A DNA stretch of 63,640 nucleotides, filler included. It is 13 parts of 13 records of this genome, joined end to end, with 100 filler letters (N's around TTAATTAATTAA, not from the genome) between each part and the next. Parts side by side here need not be neighbours in the genome. Positions count along the whole stretch, not along the records: positions 57,768 to 63,640 come from SRR7504441_3180; 12 more parts are not named here. One strand, 5' to 3'. Shown in pieces: positions 57,768 to 63,640 of this stretch (position 1 is its first letter; each line of letters starts with the position of its first letter). The notes below the pieces were generated by a model, which was given only the letters and a program-made list of their open reading frames with translations, did not search any database and was not told where the DNA came from. The position numbers and the translations under genes are program-made.

Positions 57768-58816
57768 ATGCTTGCTAATTTGGGCGGGAATTTTGGGTGA
57801 CACGTGTGGATTCGCTGCAGCTTCCACCGCAAGCTGCTTTTTGCGGCGATACAGTGCCGATTGATGGGCGTCCGGATGAGGTGCCAACGTCTGCAGGTTG
57901 GCACTCCATCAGGCACACGTGCAGGGGCTGGGTACCGTGCGGACATAATCGAAGCTATCGGCTCGTCGACTCTTTACAGTCCTGACAAATGTCGGCCTGA
58001 CCCATGCAACTCAGCCGCTGTGCTAACTCAGTCCTGTGACCAGTCTTCTTGTGCTAAGCGCTCAGCTTCCTCATTCAGGGTATATGCAGCATTGTCCGTG
58101 TCGGCAGCGTCAGCTAGCATTCGCTGGATCCGACCGAGTGCCTGAGTTCGCATCATGATTGAGCAGGCAAGGCTAGTGCCACTCACAAATGCAATAGTGC
58201 CGTTTTGCGGGAATTCCCCAGGCCAGCGCCCACCGCTGAGGACACCGAGCGCAATCATGCCATCTGGGCCCACTGACGGATGGAACACATCTTGAGTGAA
58301 CCACACAATCGGGCCCTGGTCCCACACTCGACACACACGGTGGGCATACGACCACCTCTTTGGGGTAAAACTCTGGGAGCACGATCTTGACACTCAGGTT
58401 TAGATCCTCATACGGCGACCCTACCGATCACGATCAGTGTACTTATGGAGGGGGGCTACCCCCAGGCCCCAAAATGGTGCCCTCCCAAACGCGATTGGCG
58501 TATCCGCCCTCACGGGCACCAGTGCCGTCCAGAAAAGTGCTCGGTCGAGCGGTCACGCCGGCACCCTCTGTCTCGCGCACCTTATCGAGGGCCTCGAGCT
58601 CCCGAACCACAATTTCCTTCGGCAGCAGGTGTGCCACTTTCAGCCGAGCTGCCTCCTGCAAAGCTGCCTCAGAAGCCAGTTGCACAAGCCCATGCGCTGA
58701 CTACCAGCTCTGGGGAGGGTGGGGGTGTGACTGCTGCTGGGATGGGATACGACTCAGTGCTACCACCAGCGGGCATTCATGCAGCGAAGGGTCACCTTCT
58801 CAGACCAGGCGGCCAT
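57768..58816 (-). CDS. Ubiquitin E2 variant (UBC fold without the catalytic Cys), multi-exon; ends uncertain
   Basis: Spliced WEGTILGPGGSPYE...LPEFYPKEGPIVWFTQDVFHPSVGPDGMIALGVL...W. Introns 58421-58459, 58316-58355 and an in-frame one of about 45 nt. Confidence 0.75.
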
Positions 58817-59187
58817 ACTGTACCGGTACCAGCTCTCAGAGCCGTTGTAGACTCTATCGGATCCCTACGTGCTGTCGTGCACTGTCAGCTGACTGTACAC
58901 GTACAGGTACTGTGTACTCGCATGAATCGCCGGTATGGTCGCAGTTAGTTAGCAGTTAGTACGCAGTACGAACTCGTTCCATGTGCGCAATTGTAGTACC
59001 AGGTAGTGTAGTAGTTTTACACGTGCGTATTTGTGGTTTACATGACGTCAGTATTGTTTGAATCATAGTTTTATTGTGCCAATTGGTGATGAGCAAGTGT
59101 TAAGCAAGTGTGTCCTTAGTAGCTATACTCAGTCTCTATAATTATACTCGTACCTAGCCAACCTCACTTGAGCAATCGTTCGATCCT

Positions 59188-62100
59188 CTATTTTGATCCT
59201 CGGTCTAGGCGTGATGGGAGCTCGCCGACAACCTCCACTGCAAGCACAAAACAAATGAGTTCATTAGTACACAGACCGCATAAAGTGGTGAACACGATCG
59301 ACAAATGACTATTGGGCAACACAGAGGCACATGCGCTTGTCTCACAACATTTAGGCAGACTCACCCGTATCACAGCCCGAATGGACATGAGAGTTTCTGA
59401 TTGCATTGCCTTTTGCTTAATTAAGAGGAGTGGCATAATCTGACGCACAGATCAACCATACCTCCCAAATCACAGTGTTACCCGATGAAACTGTTCGTGC
59501 CTCTCAATGGCCTGTTGTTGAGATTGCAATAGAATCCTTGCAGCCCCCAGTTTTTCCCTCAAGTCGGATACGTCACTGTCAACATGGCAATCAGTGTGCT
59601 GCAGGTTCGAATCTCTCATATGCATCAAGCAAGGCCAAGTGAAATTGAAATACACAATACCGACCGAGACAAATGCTCGTTCTCAGACACGATCATCATT
59701 GTCTTTCCAAACTCCCTCACGTTTGCAGACGAGTGCTGGCTCTGCGCGTGATGCAGGGAGTCCTGCAGGGAGTGCATCCGACTCTCCATCCGAGCCTTCC
59801 ATCACAAACATAAGATCAGTGCTACTGCAACAGATGGGTTGGTCACTTTGCTTTGGTGGTTCCATTTTTGAAGGGCACCGACTCGGTCACCCATCCACTT
59901 AAGGCGCCATCTAAACAAGGGCATCCTGAAACAGATTTCAACCTTCGCATTCAAAAGATCATATCCGAGCTCTCGGGCCTCAAGGACTCCAGCTCGAGCA
60001 GCGGCAAGCTTACTTTGCTTCTGAAGTTGATGGGTTTGACGGTTGAGACTATCAAGATTCTCTGCCTGCAGCTTTGATTGCTGCGACAGTGCATCATTCT
60101 CCACACTACTAGCCCTTGTGGCTGCAAGAATGCGCCCCTGCAGCTCCTCCTCAACCCGACACCTCTCCTGCAGCTGCATCGTTAGGCTATCTTGCTGTGC
60201 GTCCTTCTCTTGTAGCCTTCGACGCAATTCAACTAGCTCCTGTAAAAGATTTTTATCACGCATGCAAATCGGCACAAAGCTGGGGAGAATGACCTGGCGT
60301 GTATGATTTCTCGATGTGTGCAGTTGATGCTGACTGTCAAGCAGAGTGCGAATGCGCCAATTCTGCAATCTGGGACGTGTGCGTTGGTCCGCCCCAGCCC
60401 ATCTCAGGAGCTGAGCCTTTGCTCTCTCAAGCTCAAACGAGACACCTTGTAGAATTAATTGTAATTCTTCCTCTCGCCTGTCCATAGCCTCTGTTGCCTC
60501 TGCAGCTGCATCCAGGGCTGCATTCATATCATTGCACGACTCCTGCAGATAGAGAATCTCTTCATCCTTCGTTTTTAGAATGTCGGACAAGTTGTCCATC
60601 TGCTCCGCTCGCTGCTTCAGGCAAACTTTCCAGAATGATAAGACTCTTGTTAACTTCTTCCTGGTGCACTGCTGATGTGAACGTTGCACTAAGTGAACAC
60701 CAATCCTATTGCGCATATCGAGTTCCGCTGCACTGGTCTCGCGCATACTTTGCAGCAACACTTCGGACTTATCGCTCAATTTGCTGCATTGTTCCTCGAG
60801 ATTCTGGCATCGAGCCTCTGATTCAAGCAGCATTTCTTTTTTACACTGCATGAGGGCTAACTTCCATGTCTGCATTGCCACGTCAACCTGCTTGGACAGT
60901 TACAATTTGTACAAGAATTTAAGACACCTGCGATCTCTCGTGTAGCTTTCGCTGGAGCTCTTGATGCAAAGCCTGAGATCTTTCCTGTCTTGAAGTCAGG
61001 AGAGCTAACTTCCATTCTTGAATTGCCAGGTACACCTGCATTCAAGCAGAAGTAAGCCCCAGTGGAGAGCTTAGTCCACGAAACCTGCTCATTACCACAA
61101 ATCTGAGCAGCACACCAAAGGACATGAGCTCGGCCAAGCTGCTTGGATTGTGCCTCGTATTGAGATGGCGAGATGATCTGTGCGTCAACATAGCTGGCAA
61201 TTCCAGATAATTCGTTCATCTCATCCTTGTATAATCTATCCTGAGCTTCTTGGAGCAGCCTGCTCACCTTTTCATCATCAAACCTCCCGAGAATCTCTCT
61301 CATCTGGTTGCTGGAATCATCCAGCGTCAGGATTTCATTTATATCTCCAAGGCCTCGAGCAATTTCACCAAAACTGACAACACAGATATCAGAGGCTGCA
61401 ATTACATTCATCCAGATACCTGGCATCACCAAGCAGCTGCATTGCTTTACTAGCGTCGCAAAGTCTAACAATACATGCTTTGTGGAGTAACAATAGGTTC
61501 TCGTCATCAAGGTGCGAAGACTCTGTTATTTCGTCGACATTTCTGAGCATCCTTCTTCGCGCTCTGATTCTCTGAATCCTATTACAAGTCGCTTCCATCC
61601 ATTTTGCAAACTCGCCGAATCCCATTTCCTTGTCCTTGCGGTTGTCTAGCTGCATGAGCAATTTGAAGCGCTCCTGCTCACGCTGTTCTTGTGTCAACTG
61701 GACGCCGCCTGGATAAAAGCTTGACCACACCCAATCTGCCAAAGCTGCCACTTCAGCACCCCGCAAGCTGCCGGTTCCATCAGCATCCATCTGATCGAAC
61801 ATCTTTTGTGCTCTTGCAACTGCCTGCTGGACTTCTTTCTCTTGGGCAGTACCCAAGCGACTAGCCATTGCACCATTCTTCTTTAAATGGTTAAACTCCA
61901 AATCGGTGAGCTCAATTTGGGTCTGATAGCACCATGTTTGAACCGCAAACTTCGCCCGCATTAATATTGGCGTTTCACCTGCTAACCATGATACCAGGGC
62001 AATACGCTCTAGCGCGTGCGAACGTGACATCTTGCCCAGACTCATGGCATTTCTGCGAGCCATTTCAGTTTCTTTGGCATCTATGAGGGTCTCCAAGTCT

Positions 62101-63640
62101 TGGCCAGCTCCAAGCAACTGTTCTACTTTAGCTGCCTCTGCATCTCTCTCTGCAATCAACTCAATATACTCTTGCTGGATCTTTTGAAGCTCCTCGGCCA
62201 GTACGTCTTTACTGCTGTCTTCAGAGCCACCCAGCCCGTTCACGTCAATCTGTTTGTGGTAGCACCACGCCCGCACGGCCCACTTGGTTTGAACCAGCGG
62301 AGGCACCTGACCGCTTAGCCATGCTACCAATGCTATGCGGTTCAAAGCGTGGGTGCGAGACAAGTTTTGCAAGCTAATGGCACTAGCATGCGCCATTTCT
62401 GTTTCTCTGGTAGCGAGAAGCGTCTTATACTCTTCTTGTTTCTTACTTGCGGCTTGTGCAAGTTGTTCAACCTTTGCTGCTGCAACGCTGGCTTCCGAAT
62501 CCTTCTCTGCAAGCAACACTCTCTGCTGATCAACTACTCGGCTCATTTCCTGTGCCATGCGATCAGTTTGGGAGGAACTTTGGTCCATGTTTGTGTCTTT
62601 CTCTTTGAGCAGTCCCTCATAGTAGTCTTTGTTCAGATTCATTTCTTGTGTCAGCGCATCAATTTCAACCGTAGCTCTAGCTAATGTTTGTGATGCACCA
62701 AGTTCCTGAGACTTGACCAACTCTTTTTCTCTCTGAACTTCATCTTTAAGTGACTGAATCTGCTCATTCATACCTGAAATTTTCTCTTCATATCGAGAAA
62801 TGTCACTTTGTTGCCCAAGAGCCGACTCTTTCTCCTTGTCAAGTTCTTCCGTCAGCACATTGCATTGCGACTTCGCGTGTTCTACTTGTGATTCCAATTC
62901 ACCAACTGTGCTCTCAGTGAACTGATCAAAAGTTCTTCCAGCCTCTACCAGTTTACTCTTTAGTTTCTGCACCTCGCTCTCGAGCTCGTGTTTTTCGCGA
63001 GCCCAAAGCATGCGCTCCTCTGCAGCTTGCACCGTAATGATCTCGGTAGAGAGTTGGAGGCACTCCTCCAGCTCCTCAAGTTTCACTGCCAGGGTTTTGT
63101 TTACTTCTGCTAGTCCCTCCTCAAGCCTAATGCTCTGAAGGTGCTGTACACAGGACTGCAACTTGCTCTGAAGTTTGAGCCCGGCATCCTCTGCTTGTTG
63201 AAGTACCGTTTGCAGCTCAGCGACCCTGTGTTCACCAAGCTGTAGGGCATTTTGCATTTGGACATTCGTTGCTTGACCAACTGCATGTTTCTTTCGGAGT
63301 TCTCTCAGTTCAAGATGCATTTGATGAAGCTGTTCTTGCAGCTTATCAATGGCTGCAGCCTTGCTCAGCTCTGTCTGTCGGCATCGATCTCTCATTTGAT
63401 CGAGTTGCCTACTGAGAACCTTGCACTCCAGTTGCCAGTCTGCAGCTTGGCCCAAGATTTTAGGTTGATGGCTGGAGTCGAGCTCACTCTGTGCTGCATC
63501 GAGTTTCAATTGTTTGTGTTCCTCCTGTGTCGCAGGCCTGCCTGCAGGCTTCTGATGCTCTTCCAGCTCTATGCGAGCTGCATCTAGGGACTTCTTCAAT
63601 TCAGCATTATCAAGCATTATGGACGTCATTTTCGTGCTCT
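59188..63640 (-). CDS. Large coiled-coil protein with an EF-hand pair and an internal duplication, multi-exon, probably 5'-truncated
   Basis: ORFs 61389-63629, 60857-61510, 59802-60881 and smaller ones lie in series. DADGTGSLRGAE EF-hand and heptad-rich sequence. Confidence 0.7.

Noticed and set aside
1-63640. tRNA, rRNA or snRNA genes
   Set aside because: No cloverleaf, rRNA-like or snRNA-like sequence was recognised by eye. A covariance-model scan would be needed to exclude them.

Overview
This window is eukaryotic nuclear DNA from a gene-dense, GC-rich protist. It is probably a flagellate (Sfi1-like, EF-hand and IQ coiled-coil proteins), but I cannot assign the taxon from sequence alone. 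It consists of 13 unrelated contigs joined by artificial 100-nt N44-TTAATTAATTAA-N44 linkers. About 28 genes or gene fragments are recognisable: A20-type OTU, DUF2961/GH172, histidine phosphatase, 7TM plus tandem kinase, PP2C, cytochrome b5, EF-hand, PPR-CCCH, DUF389, a giant Sfi1-like protein, an OAS-like pseudo-NTase-TPR, SERINC, a fucokinase-like protein, CDF, a metallophosphoesterase, LUC7, PEX5, a Kir channel, GHL15-like, a DH/PH-like protein and a UEV. The ORF track is fragmented because genes carry many tiny spliceosomal introns. I inferred about 50 by hand: 32-53 nt, mostly 37-42 nt, with G-rich rather than pyrimidine-rich 3' ends, and about 20% GC-AG. The strongest signal is apparent ongoing intron creation or copying. 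Two 42-nt introns with 40/42 identity sit in two unrelated, head-to-head genes (17336-17377 and 17723-17764), and the identity stops at the splice sites. A 102-nt intron (57143-57244) looks like a 42-nt intron hit by an insertion with a 16-bp target duplication, which creates an internal AG|GT recursive-splice site. All intron calls are inferred from frame and motif restoration, not from transcripts.
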